The translations under genes were made by a program, and so were the position numbers. From the NCBI GenBank assembly GCA_963514005.1, contig OY740811.1, forward strand, positions 31,434,001 through 31,498,000: a DNA stretch of 64,000 nucleotides, given 5' to 3'. Below, piece after piece: positions 48,941 through 62,015 of the stretch (position 1 is its first letter; the number at the start of each line of letters is the position of its first letter). Below the pieces are notes generated by a model. That model did no database searches, was not told the DNA's origin, and saw nothing but the letters and a program-made list of their open reading frames with translations. Source of the stretch: Raja brachyura (Eukaryota).

Positions 48941-49974
48941 ATTCCAAAACTGATATTTTGGATTTCAAATATTAAGCTAGGTGATTAGTGTACAATGAAA
49001 AAAAAAGTACAGTGAGCAAACAGCAAAGATACAGCAAAGTCCAAAGTGGTCGGATGCCAAAAGTTCTATGGTTTGAATCAAGCTGGGTAGGACAGGAAAC
49101 CAAAGTTTCAATTGTCCAATGTACGGTAAGAAGCTGCGCTTGAAACTGGATGCTGTAGTGACACCATCCAAACTGAGGTGACGCTGTTGACGGCGGTCAG
49201 AGCAGGCCGAGTGTCGCTTCCGGCCGGCCGCGGCAGCCATTTTTGCAGTCGATGTGGCGGCCACGGCAGTTATTTAGCGGCCGGCTGAGGTGATTCCTGG
49301 ATGCGTGCGGGGCGGCCGGCATCAACTGGTCTAGCCCCACCGCTGCAGGTAGGGACTCACCCACTGTCGCTGGTGTCATGGGAGACCCACTGCGCTGCCG
49401 CACCCTCGGCGTAGACTGGAAGCTGTCGGGGAATCCGTCACGGGACCGCCGACCCACGAGCGGCCAATGCTCCACCCCGCTGCTGGGCCGACCACAGACT
49501 GACTGGACGGGCAGCCAGCACTCGGAGATCATTGGGGTCTGCACCGGTGAGGTGCAAAAGGACGTCTTCGGGCAGCCGCCCCAGGTTACCCCGCTCGATC
49601 GGGAGGCTAGGCCTTGAGCAGCCGCTGGCGGGGTAATGGGCGGGCCTGCTCTCACCCGGCTCCCAGGGCCGTCGGTGATGCTGGGAAACGGGGGCTGCCA
49701 AACTCGCAGCTCCTGCAGCAGCTGGTGGTGGACCGGCGGCTGGTGGGGGAGCGATGGCAGCCGCGGCCTCTCAGCTCCGGTGGGCAGCAGTTGGTGGGTG
49801 ACCAGCGGCAGCCACGGCTTCAGCTCCGGTGGACTGCTCCGGGCGGAGAGAAAGCGAGGGCTGAGGTTGCTGCGCTGCTGTCTGCTGTGGTGGGCCTGAG
49901 ATGCGGGCGGGCGAACCAGGCTGCCTGCGACCAGGCATAGGCGGGAGTCGAGAGGCCCGGCCGCGGTGGTGGTC

Positions 49975-50217
49975 TGCCTGCCTCAAGGGCTCGAGTTGAG
50001 CTCTTGCTGAGGTGGCAGGACACTCACCCGAAGAAAGAGAGCTGGTCAGCTCGAAGTGAGAGAGAGAGAGGGTTGACCCAGGGTTCGTTATATATATACT
50101 AGGACACAACCCTATACCCCGTGACAACTCCTCCCTGCCATTGCACAGCCACGTGACCCATCCCCCGACTGCTGAGGATTTGTGTAGTAAGTTGCCCGAC
50201 CACCGGGTGCCGCCACA
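49975..50217 (-). mobile_element. Second, inverted copy of the same LTR family (5' part)
   Basis: The reverse complement aligns by eye with 47806-47860 plus 48641-48825 (CCTCAGCAGTCGGGGG, GGGTCACGTG, CCCTGGGTCAACCCTCTCTCTC, TTCGGGTGAGTGTCCTGCCACCTCAGCA). Confidence 0.75.
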
Positions 50218-50894
50218 CAATCAACTTTTTCAATGCAATCTACTGCTTGTTAGTCTTTGATCATTAAAATAGGCTCTTAACTTTCAAAGTCTTCTTCTTG
50301 TCGAGTCCACACACAAGAGCTGAACACACTTCTCGGCATTTGCATTAAATGTTGTCTATCTTGTGCTTCTTGTGTGTGGTGGTGGAAAGTTTGGTGGAAA
50401 CAGGGCCGCGACGTGAACGCTCTTTCCTTGACCCCACAGTTTTTAATCCATTGTGAAATTATTAAACATTGATAGTACTTTAGGATAGGTGACCTTAGAA
50501 TCTAGGTGAATTTTGTATTTACTTTAAAATATTTTATGTATAATGAAGACCTCCCAAATTTTCTACTTTGAAATTATATGCAATGTGATTTTTAAATTCA
50601 GAAAAAATGCTTGCAGCAGAAGACTTCTCTGTATGACTCAGCAATTCACTTAATTAATCATCAATGATTTTGAACCTTCAAAGGTATGATCAGTGCATGC
50701 ACTCCTAAACCTGGGGGAAGCATCTTGTAGCGACTCCTCTGATATTGAAATAGACCATTTCTGCATGCATTATATCAAACTATTTAATTCAATGCTGAAG
50801 AAACCCATGGTTGCATTTCTGAAAAGTGCAATGAAGATACAATGATGTATTTTAGGATGTTTTAGTTAGAGGACCAGGAAGCTATAGATTGAGA

Positions 50895-51109
50895 GTACAC
50901 AAAAGGCTGGAGAAACTCAGCGGGTGCAGCAGCATCTAAGGAGCGAAGGAGACAGGCGACGTTTCGGGTCGATTCAGACTCTGTCTGAAGAAGGGTCTCG
51001 ACCCGAAACGTCGCCTATCTCCTTCGCTCCTTAGATGCTGCTGCACCCGCTGAGTTTCTCCAGCCTTTTGTGTACACTCGATTCTCCAGCATCTGCAGTT
51101 CCTTCTTTA
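50895..51109. mobile_element. Penelope-derived fold-back element with a 16-bp TSD
   Basis: TSD AAGCTATAGATTGAGA at 50879-50894 and 51110-51125; near-perfect inverted arms. Confidence 0.85.
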
Positions 51110-52329
51110 AAGCTATAGATTGAGAATTGACTATATTTTTTAAGTAAAAATATAAAAGATTTTCATGTTAAAAAGCGATAGGAGCAAAATTAGGCCATTT
51201 GACGCATCAAGTGTAATCCACCATTCAATCATGGCTGATCTATCTCTCCCTCCAAACCCCATTTTCCTGCCTTCTCCCCATAACCCCTCACACCCCTACC
51301 ATCAACAATCTACCTATTTCTCCCTTAAAAACATCCATTGATGAAGTTTGTGTTACAACGGAGACTGAAGAATGGGAGAGGTAATTATTGAGGCATTTCT
51401 ATAATGATCATAGATCATCCATACTGTTGTCCCTGAGAATGATGCCCTTCCTCTTATCGATGGAGTCAATAGCTGAGAGATGCTAGGTTGGCAAATGGCT
51501 AAGCAATTCTGGTCTATTATTTTAAATGCAACAATGTGGTGTAGTGGAGGAATATTTAGTTCAAAATGTTCAAAGAGCCAGCCAATAAAGGGAGTGTGAC
51601 ATAACATAAGCTAGTTCTTTTCAGACTTCACTTTAGTTTTGATTAGATGAGACTTTATTGACAAGATACCTTGATATAGACATTGGAACATTTGTAGTGT
51701 TACATAGAACATTCAACACAAGAACAGGCTCTTTGGCCCGCAATATCTGCGCCGAACACGATGCCAGGACCATCTCTTATCTACCCACACAAAATCCATA
51801 TCCTTATATTCTCTGCATTGTCACATGCCTATCTAAGTCTCTTCCATGCCACTATGGTATCTGCCTCAACCAACCCCAGAAGCATTTTATAGACGCTCAT
51901 CACCCTCTGTAAAAAAAAGTTGCCCTGCACATCTCCTTTAAACGTTGCCCATTCCACCTTAAAGCTATGCCCTCTAGAAGTTGATTTTACTATCTTGGGG
52001 AAAAAAGGTTCTGGATGTCTACTCTACTTATGCCTTTCAGTTTTATATACTTGATCAACTTTCAGCGTTTCATTGAAAACAATCCAAGTCTGTCCAACCT
52101 CTTCCTATAGTTAATACTCCCTAATCCAGGCATCATTCTGGTAAACCTTCTCTGCACCCTTTCCAAAGCCTCCCCATGCTTCCTTTAATGGGGTGACCAG
52201 AACTCCAGGAAATATTCCAAATGTTGCATAATCATGTTGGTTTATTCGTAAACAATAAATGATGAACATGACACCAAAGCACTCTGAATGTTGAAGATCT
52301 GAAGAAGGAAAAAACACTTCAGCTACTTG

Positions 52330-52530
52330 TTAAAGAAGGAACTGCAGATGCTGGAGAATCGAGGGCTACACAAAAAGCTGGAGAAACTCAGCGGGTGCAG
52401 CAGCATCTAAGGAGCGAAGGAGATAGGTGACGTTTCGGGTCGAGACCCTTCTTCAGTCCCAAAACGTCGCCTATCTCCTTCGCTCCTTAGATGCTGCTGC
52501 ACCCGCTGAGTTTCTCCAGCTTTTTGTGTA
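52330..52530. mobile_element. Penelope-derived fold-back element (opposite orientation)
   Basis: Flanked by AACACTT(C/G)AGCTACTT; same subfamily as the copies at 50895 and 61793. Confidence 0.85.
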
Positions 52531-52799
52531 ACACTTGAGCTACTTAACAGGTCAGGTAACATCCTGGGAAAAAGATTTAATTAGATCAATGATCCTTGTT
52601 CATGGAATGTCAAACAGGTTTTACCTGAAATCCTGCATTTTAAACCATTAAAAAAAAAACATTTCTAAAGATCATCAACCTGGAATGTTAGCTCTGTTTC
52701 TTTATGTGAGTGGTGAATATTGAAGTGCAATATGGGTGATTGTTATTGACATCTGGCGCATGAAGCAAGAGTAAAGTCAATAGGAATGCGAGGGCAAAC

Positions 52800-54950
52800 T
52801 CTCTAGAGGCTTATGTCATACTTGGCACCAAGGAAGAAGAATATTGTTCATCTCAGTGTTGCAGAATCCTCTCAAGACAGTGTCCTTGGGTTTGTCAAGT
52901 CCTTCAGCGAGGATCTTGTCTTTATCATAAGGTCAGTCTGGACAACACAATGTTTAATTCCATTTTCAACTCCTTGGATATTGAAAAGTCTGTCTTTGTG
53001 CAGCTCTATCTGGTCCACAATCAAGCACGAGCTGATAATGGCAAATAATTACCAGGCTATGGACAATTCAATAAGAGCTTAACCATCTCCCCATGAAAAT
53101 GATGAGGTGGGATCCACTTAGGTGGGCTAGGTAGTGCTTGGTTATTTTACATACTCCAGTGATAGAAACTGAATGCTCAGTGCTTTCTAGTTCTTTATCT
53201 AATTTGTGGCACTGAAGGCTCAGCGATTCATGGGTGTTGGTGACAATCTTGTTTTCAATGTTAAGAATTGTCTTTGACATGTTGTCTGTCTGCTTTAGGA
53301 AATTTGCTGTGTTGTAGCTTTGACTAGAATACTTGCTTCAGAAGTCTGAAATCTAATGATATGGCCATTAATGGTAAATACTTATGTCCCACTTCAACTG
53401 CATATTCATTACACTTAGAGAAACAGATTTTTCATTCCAGGTTGATAATCTTTCTTTAGAAATTGAATGTTTTTATATATTTTATGATACAGGCATTCAG
53501 GCAATTAGTGTGACCCACTCACTGGAGCTGGTTGGATGTACAATGACTTTGGCTCTTTTATTCTGCCAAAGATATTGTAGGGCCTGCATTGTAGTACTTA
53601 GGTACTTAGTACTTCTCTATTTCTTTATTATTTCTGCTGATGGTTGTCTACATCTCTCATGCAGACAGGCTGCAGTTAGACCACTGCTGCTTGGTAGGTC
53701 AGGAGCTTAGCCGTTAAACATTTTATTCCTCAGCTAGAGGAAGGCGATTACAGCACTTTGGAGGTTGGATGAATTTTGTCATCAATGATCGCATTCGTTG
53801 AGGTACCTTCTGAGATTACACCCCAAAACACCTGTCAATGTCCATAAATGGATCGTGAATTTGAAGGTGGTGTGTGGTTGGGGCAGTTTGATAGAGGACT
53901 TTTGTCTTCCATACCTTTAATAGAAGCCCGTCTGTCTGTTCCTGTCAGGTAATCAATAATGACTTGAAGCTGAGCCTGTAAACTACATGTAATAATGTCA
54001 TAACAAGGAACTGCAGAAGCTGGTTTACCAAAGAAAGACCCAAAATGCTGGAGTAGCTCAGTGTTTCAGGCAGCATCTCTGACGATCATGGATAGGTGAA
54101 GTTTTGGATCAGGACCCTTCTTCTGACATAAAAATGTCACCTGAATGTAGTAATCATTGACTGATTTTTTTAAATTCTGGAATGGTTGAAGTATTTTCCT
54201 TCATTGTGTAGATAAGCTCTTTCATTGGGAGCTTGAGAAGACAGCTTATGTGAAGAAAAGTCTTGTTTGCTCTCATTCTACACAGTATTAGATTTCATGG
54301 TGGATCTGCAAAGCCCAGAGTAGCAACAAATTTGACAACAGCTAAATTTATGAGAGTCTTTAAAATCTCAGTTTATGGAGTTGAATGTTGTTGGATGTGA
54401 GCAGTCACCTACATTTTTCTTGAATGTTTGTCCTGTCACATCCATAGCACCTCTCAATGGATGGTATCCATATTGCAATTGCGTCATTGCTCTTTGGCTA
54501 TTGGAGACAGTTGAGAGGATCTTTATTGGTTCCCCTGCGGCAAATAACAAAGTCCTTTTCTTACTAACACAAGCTTTGTCTCCTTTCATGAAGATAGTCA
54601 CAATTACAGCATCTTTGACATTTCTTTATGTAGTTTTAATGCAGGGAGATGAGGTTATGAATTTGTCATACTTTGGAACTTAAGGAAAGATTCTATCTCC
54701 TTTGGAGGTCTTGCTTCTTAATTGGTGTGGTTTCAACATCCTTCTGGAGTAGCAGTGAGCCAGTACTGTCTGGATACCATGCTATGGATGAAGTCAAGGA
54801 CCTTCTAGTGAGTATTGAGTGCTTTTGTCTTAAACAAGATTTCCTCTATTCTTGTATCGGAGTGCGGTTGGTGATAGATCATAGCATTGTACTGCAGATA
54901 AATAGGTTTCTCGGCCCATTGTGTTCATGATACTCATTGTACCCATCAAA
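52800..54950 (-). mobile_element. Highly decayed retroelement sequence (Gypsy-like pol traces plus an RTE-like fragment at about 53490-53740)
   Basis: Minus-strand traces: TLLFAAGEPIKIL (protease-like, ~54530), IFMGRWLSS (integrase C-terminus-like, ~53090), KLLTYQAAVV and QLQ*VGH (RTE-like). Many stops and frameshifts; by-eye resemblance only. Confidence 0.3.
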
Positions 54951-57715
54951 ACAAATTCCACAGTCTTCTGTGCCTCAGTGATTTAAATGATTGTCCAGAT
55001 ATTCTAAATGTCTATTTTTTTTCACCACTTGCTCAGGCAGTGCGATTAAGACTCCAACCATCATACAGGGAAAATTCCCCCTCAGATTCACCTCAAAGCC
55101 TCCTCGCTCCTACCACACCTCGTGTGATCTCTGTCATTTTCAATCTTTATATTTGCTTCAGTCATTATGATTTTTTTTTAAACTATAAGAACTCTTCAAT
55201 TATTCAACCTTTGTTTCCCGGACTCTTATTGATATTGATTTCACTGATATAAATTCATATTCATTTTTTCCACAATTTCCTCTTGTTTCAAAATGTTCAC
55301 TCTGTTTGGTTTAAAGTAGGTCATCCTGTTACAGATCCTGGGTTTAAATCAGCTCACATTCAGTAACTTGCAACACAAAATATTTTAAACTTGCAAGTCT
55401 AACCTTGAATATCCAATCAGGGCAAAGTCTGGGGCAAACATATTGATTAACAGTCCAGGTAGGTGGATGGTACAGAATGTTTGCAATATCAGGGAAAAGG
55501 TGAGAAGAATTATGTTATTGATTATACCAGTGGGGCTTGTTATTTTATTTCTACAGCTGCTCAATGTAGCTAGCCCAAAAATATAACATCTCTTTGGGAA
55601 AGCAGCTCTATTACATAAATGAAATGTGTTCGGTTGGTTGTATTTTCTTGCAGGATCTATCTTCCTGCTTAAACTTGAAAAACTAGTTCACGAACAATGG
55701 ACGTTTCATTAGCAGAAACATCCAGGGACATCAACAAAGGTGTAACCCATTTATAAACTAGAGCAACATGTTTTGCTTAAAATTTGTCTACAAGCAGAGG
55801 TAAACATATACTTTGTTGAGTTGTAAAGGTTTTAATTTCTCAGAAATAATTGTGCCATTCTGTTGATACGGTGAAACTTAACAGCAGGCTAAGATAGTCT
55901 AATGGATTAACTTAAATGTGGATACCTACCAAAGTCTGCTGAACATCAATTAAATAATGTATTTTTCAGAATTCCAGTGTTTCTGCTGCATACTCAAAGT
56001 TAAATATGACTGAATGAAACACTTTGAATTCATTTTGAATGTCGGCCTTGTTAATTAGAATGACTTACGACTCATCATGCCTAAAAGAGATAGTGTCAAG
56101 GAGCTGCATACTTAAGCTATTGCATTCCAGATGGTGAGTTTAAAAAAGTTAGCTCCTACAGGGCTGATGAAATTGTGGCTTGGGATTGCTTGTGGTTTCA
56201 TGATAATGATATTCATATGCATCTATAGTCTTGGTTCAAATACAATTTCTTGGAGTACAATGATAATAGATCAGGCCATTTTAAATGATAATTTGAGTTT
56301 AAAAGAAACACAACTAATAATTTTGTTTAAAACAATAATTAGAACATTTTGTATGCCCTATTATATAAACTACATTGGGATTATTTATTTATGCTGCAAC
56401 AAAGAAGGAAACAGGAGATTTAAAATAATGATATTTTATTATTGTCACTTCAAGGGCCTTGAGTTTGATATTGAAGTGAGAATATTGGTTAAAATGGCTG
56501 AGTTTAGAGATCGTCCCAAATGAAGGAATAATTGAATATCAGGAACAGGACTATAAAGTGAGGGATTAGTATTGGTTTTTGATTACCTTACAAGGTGGAA
56601 TGGCCTTGTCAATAAATTCCCATGATTATCAAGCCTGTTATTTTAGCATCAACATCAACCCTATTTACATCTACCTACAAACGGTCAGTATTTAATCAAA
56701 GACATACATAACATAATAAATGATGGTTCAGCAAATAGGAGTGCAATTAATTGCTTCTCCACATAACCATATATACTTGATCCTGGATATAATTAATGCA
56801 TTTTTACACAGCTGCCTACGCAACCAGAAGTTGCTATAATATGTCATGCAACATTGAGAATGAAGAATACCCAACCCAATGAAAGAATTATGTGCCACTG
56901 AGTTACTTCAGCATTTTGTATCTATCTATGTAATATAGGTCTGAATGTATTCACTAACTACTTTCAAGCAATGTATTGCATACCACGCACTACTCAATTA
57001 GATCCGGGCACAAGTATCTGTATCAAAATACTAATTCTACGCTGCCAACAGCTCATCCGGATAAGTTACTTTGATTGCATACAATAGTATTAAATGTAAC
57101 ACACAAGCGTAATGACAGCACGTTTAAAGTCATTATTCTAAATGTAACACTATTATACTAGCAGATGGTGTTGAAATCTGGATACTGCACGAATGAACAA
57201 ACTGCTGTCTGGAGAAGTGTGAAGTGTGCACAAACTGCAGTACATTGTTATACGTACTATTTTTAGTGTGAATTATTACATGACAGATATGCATTGTGAG
57301 AGTAGATTAATGTCCTTATATTACAATATAATTGCATAACATCACAACATTTGTGGTTTTTTAAAAGTTTTGTACTATTCTGTATTGTAGCCCAAATATT
57401 GAGATATAGGACAAATGTTGATATTAACATTTTATAGCTTATTATAAACTCAGTTTTAGTGACGAAATGAGAAAAAGATGAATCCTTAGGACGGTACAGT
57501 GGCTTAATTTATTTGGGGCCACTGTTCATACATTGCCTTTGAGCATAGATGCGGGGGGTGAGAAATGACACTATTGTAGATTGATATCGCTAATTTATGG
57601 ACATTGTTGTGCAGCTACCGAAATGGTGTTCAAATTAGCATTAGAGAAAAATTTTGAAAGTAATGTATACATACATACTTATTTTGTGGATTAAACTTTT
57701 CACATTGTATTACAG

Positions 57716-57829
57716 AAATGTGGAATTCTACTGTCTCCTGACCCAACTGAGGAAGGATGTTTCCCACTCAACAAACAGATCCTTTGCAAGACTTGTCACA
57801 TATCCCTGAGTGCCAGCTCCACTACTTGA
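57716..57829 (+). CDS. FBLIM1: FBLIM1 terminal coding exon, LIM3 second half
   Basis: tattacag|KCGILLSPDPTEEGCFPLNKQILCKTCHISLSASSTT*. Not in the ORF track. The spliced CDS totals 1119 nt (372 aa). Confidence 0.94.
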   Translation, partial: KCGILLSPDPTEEGCFPLNKQILCKTCHISLSASSTT

Positions 57830-60800
57830 AGAGCAGATTTTAGAAATGAATCGCTCAACTTGCGAACTGTTGTTTTTATTGCTGCAAATCTCTACTTTTC
57901 CATTTATAATCAACTTAAAATACAGAGTATCTGCTCTCATACCTCGGAAAATCATTCTTCAGACTCTTGTTTATACTAGAATTTTAAATTCTATTGTGCC
58001 AAATTAACCTGAAAATTCCCTGGTTTGACTCCAAGGCAATGATCTCAACTACGAAAGACCAAGCATATGACTGGCATTAGCACCTTCGCCACCCTTGTCT
58101 ATGAAAGCATTTAACCAGAGTTCTCACAACCAAACTGATTTCTGCCAAAATTGCACCATCAATTGAGACAAAAGGTGGACTTCAAGGTAATGTCATCCAT
58201 TGATTAACCTGTTTCTATTTAGCATCTAGGCTTACATGCAAAATCGTCATTTGAACAAATATTAAAGGCAACTGGTAGTCATGCAACTGTACTTCAGGAA
58301 GAAACAAAAGTAAACTACACAAACCAAAGGATTTAGTTAAGTTAGATTAGTATTTTTCATGCCACTTTTATAGATTATGATGACCTCCACAATTTGAATT
58401 ATTCCTATTATTATTCCCTACATTTATCAATATATAAACTTAAATCTGCTTCAGCAATAGGAAGAACAAGTTGGAGCATCTTCAGTTGGAGTAGTTCGAG
58501 ATTCTATTCTAACTATTTAAATGGGTCATAAGTGATAAGAGAATTAGGCTATTCGGCCCATCATGTCTACTCCACCATTCAATCATGACAGATCCATCTC
58601 TCCATCCTAAACCCATTCTCCGGCCTTCACCCCATAACCTCGCACTAATCAAAGAATGGTGAGACAAAGAATAACATAAAACTGCTAAAATGTTGACCTT
58701 TGGTATCAATTATGCAGCACACGCACTAATTTAGTGACAACACTGAGGTGCTATGGTCTGGTATTGCCATGATGTAGGCAATACCATTATCTCTATTGTG
58801 ACACCACTAATTTTCCAATGTATTAACCAAAGTAACCCAAGACTGAACAGGTACCGAATGGAAGGCCTGCCTGGGCAGCATAGTGTCGCAGCGGTAGAGT
58901 TGTTGCCTTGCAGCGCCAGAGACCCGGGTTCGATCCAGACTGCAGATGCTGTCCATATGGAGTTTGTACGTTATCCCTCATACCACACGGGGTTACTCCA
59001 GGTGCTCCAGTTTTCTCCCACATTCCAAAGATGTGTAGGTTTATAGGTTATTTTGCTTCTGTAAATTGTCACTAGTGTGTAGAATATAACTAATGTACAG
59101 GTGATTGCCTGTCCGTGCGGAGGTGGGTCGAAAGGTTTGTTTCCACGCTGTACGTCTGAACTAGGTTTACTGTTCCACAAATTATGTGGAGAGTGAGAGT
59201 TAGCTTGAGTGATGACTGCACAAAAACCTGAAGAACTTGTATACGCCTGTCAATGGGCAGGCACATGCACAATGTGCATGTTTATTCTGTGCTATTTCCA
59301 TGAAATACAAGTGCATTCAAGGCTTTTCACGTTAGACCCAACATTCTTACACTGGCCTCAAACATATTGCAATCCTTCAGTATGAAGCACACTTGATATA
59401 CCATTGCATATTAAAGGTTACAAATCTCCACAAGAAAAAACATTTTTGTTGCCTTTTTACTTTGGATTAGAAGTTGTACAAGTCAAATAACAGTGACGCT
59501 CAAAGTACATTTGAATTAAATAAAAGTAATCAATTATGCTTTAGGTTGAATTAGATTTTAGAACTGGCAGAATGTACATGGGAGACAATGATAATTTGTT
59601 TTGTGAGCTAATACATATGCAGTCTGATGTCACTTGATCACAGAAGTATTTTAAAGTAGAAGCCTCATTTACTTAAACATTGGCTTGTTTCACTGCATCA
59701 CAGTGAAACAGCAAAGAATTCAGAAAATCAAAGCAAATCGAACTGTTGGATACCTTCTTCATAACTGCCATCAATAATATTGGATTTCTCTTAGTGGCCA
59801 GACTAGTGGGCTATTCTGCCATCACATTGTATTACATGAATTTAGACATGCAAAATTTATTGGAAGGAAGCTGCTGAAAAAATGGATTGCAATCATCTAA
59901 AAGCAAAACACACCGCAGTAACTCAAGTAGGTAAATCCAAACATAACTGACAAACGTACAACTTGTCCGACCTTGATGATGAACAGGGTTGCGTTTACAA
60001 CCATCTGCCTGCTCTCATGATGTTACATGTAACTATTCTTTGGAAACACTACAGGAGGGCCATGACCAATAGGACAGCAATGATTGAAGATCGCAACTCC
60101 TCCTCTCCAAGCCAGTGATGGATGGGGCTTAAATGTTGACCGTGATGGAAACACCTCATAATTAAGCACCAATAAACTGAAATAACCTCTCAATTTCCCT
60201 CAATATAGAAGAAAAATATTTTGTTCTCAATCTTCAAAGTACAACCTAAAAATATTATATTATTTATTGGAATTAAATTAGTTTGTTATATTTTATTGCC
60301 ACAAGTTTAAAAGTTCTTAATAGTACACTAAATTGTTTAGTTTCAAGATTCAAGAGAGTTTATCAACATTTGCAGGTCTGTTCCAGTTACTAGATCCCTC
60401 ATATTTCTGAAATTTCACCATTGCATGCAGAAAAATGCAACTGACAAATGAAGTAATTACACAAAGGTAGCAGGAACAGGTATTCTTCATGCAGCATACT
60501 GCATAATACAAATTGCAAGATTGAATTCACAAAATAGAGAAGAGTTGGGTGTTCCGATTCTGCACATTTGGAATGCTACTGCAAATGATTTTAGGGCTCT
60601 TGGAAAGAAATCAGAAAACTATTCTGAAAATGAAGCCTACATCAATGTTACTAACTATGCTCAGTAATGTTCATTTCTATATTGAATGACATTTGGTCGC
60701 CCAGAACTGCATACCATCAACACCTTTAGAAGACCAGGAATGATGATTGGAAGAGGGGTCAAAGCAGACCAATTCAAAATTTATCAAAAAAATAGGACAG

Positions 60801-61792
60801 GGAATATCTTGAGAATTCCAAACTAATCAGCATAATTTAGTTTGCTACATGGACAAATTACATTATACCACAAAGCAAACAATTCTTGAAGAGAGCAAAA
60901 ATTAAATTATATTTTACAATGTGTCACAGGTGTCTTGTGCCACTCTGAAATGTTGGCCAATTTCATTGCAAGCAAATTAATACTGCCATCTCAGAGGTTA
61001 ATATTACCGAACACTTTGTAAGAGTCTGGTGGAAGCCCCCAATGAAGCTGCCATTGCAGTGTAATTGAGGAGTACGTCAGTGAGTCTAGAGTCAGACTAG
61101 ACCTGGTCATGACAGCAGATTTCCTTCCCTGACAAAAACAATCCATTCGTTTCTGAAGAACTTGTTGTTAATATAGACCAATAGTCACAGGCCGTTTTCC
61201 CTTGTGCCTATTTTCATCCAGGAATGTCACACGTAGATTTCACTTTAAGTTAAAAATAAGTCAATGTCAAATAATAGCATGCACAATTTAGATAATATGA
61301 TACTTGGATCAAACAATGAAGGCAGCTACAGCATCCTTGACTTTAGGGAAAATAAATCAGCACAAACACCAGCATGCCAACCAATGAAATGAGTTGGTAA
61401 ACACATTCACAGGGATGTCGAGATCAATTCACCTATGAATAGCATACTGGCATTTAATAGAATTACATTATAATGACTACCAGTAGAACATTAGGATTTT
61501 CTATGACTACCAGTAGAATATTAGGATAGACGCAAAATGCTGGAGTAACTATGTGGGACAGGTAGCATCTCTGAAGAGAAGGAATGAGTGACGTTTCGGG
61601 TCGAGTCCCTTCTATTATGTGTCTATCTTTGGTTTAAATCAGCATCTGCAGTTCCTTCCTATGCAAAACAAATGCTAAAATGTTTTCCCCAGGTTAACTT
61701 TGCAAGTGTGAATTCCTGGTGCATTCATGATCACATATGGATAAAAAAGTACTTTCATATATTCCACATGTCACCAAATCAAGTAATGTGCA

Positions 61793-62015
61793 GGGTTACA
61801 CAAAAAGCTGGAGAAACTCAGCGGGTGCAGCAGCATCTAAGGAGCGAAGGAGATAGGCGACGTTTCGGGTCGAGACCCTTCTTCAGGTCTGAAGAAGGGT
61901 CTCGACCCGAAACGTCGCCTATCTCCTTCGCTCCTTAGATGCTGCTGCACCCGCTGAGTTTCTCCAGCTTTTTGTGTAACCCTCGATTCTCCAGCATCTG
62001 CAGTTCCTTCTTTAA
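61793..62015. mobile_element. Penelope-derived fold-back element, most intact copy
   Basis: About 94-bp perfect inverted arms around a 2-nt centre at 61887-61888; TSD CAAGTAATGTGCA at 61780-61792 and 62016-62028. Confidence 0.88.
61885..61920 (+). ncRNA. Candidate minimal type-I hammerhead ribozyme variant
   Basis: AGGU-CUGAAGA-A-GGGU(CUCG)ACCC-GAAA-CG-UC-GCCU: CUGANGA box, stem II, GAAA, palindromic ACGU stem III, UC cleavage triplet end, 4-bp stem I. Activity untested. Confidence 0.5.

Noticed and set aside
49197-49975. Overlapping GC-rich ORFs as gag or a host exon
   Set aside because: No zinc knuckle, capsid or other recognisable motif; stop scarcity is expected at high GC.
50895-51109. 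Fold-back elements as miRNA precursors or DNA-transposon MITEs
   Set aside because: Variable 12-16 bp TSDs, asymmetric arms and continuity with a GIY-YIG remnant point to Penelope retro-insertion. Small-RNA production cannot be judged from sequence.
56131-56523. 130-aa hydrophobic ORF in the FBLIM1 intron
   Set aside because: AT-rich composition explains the Ile/Phe/Leu bias; no recognisable domain.
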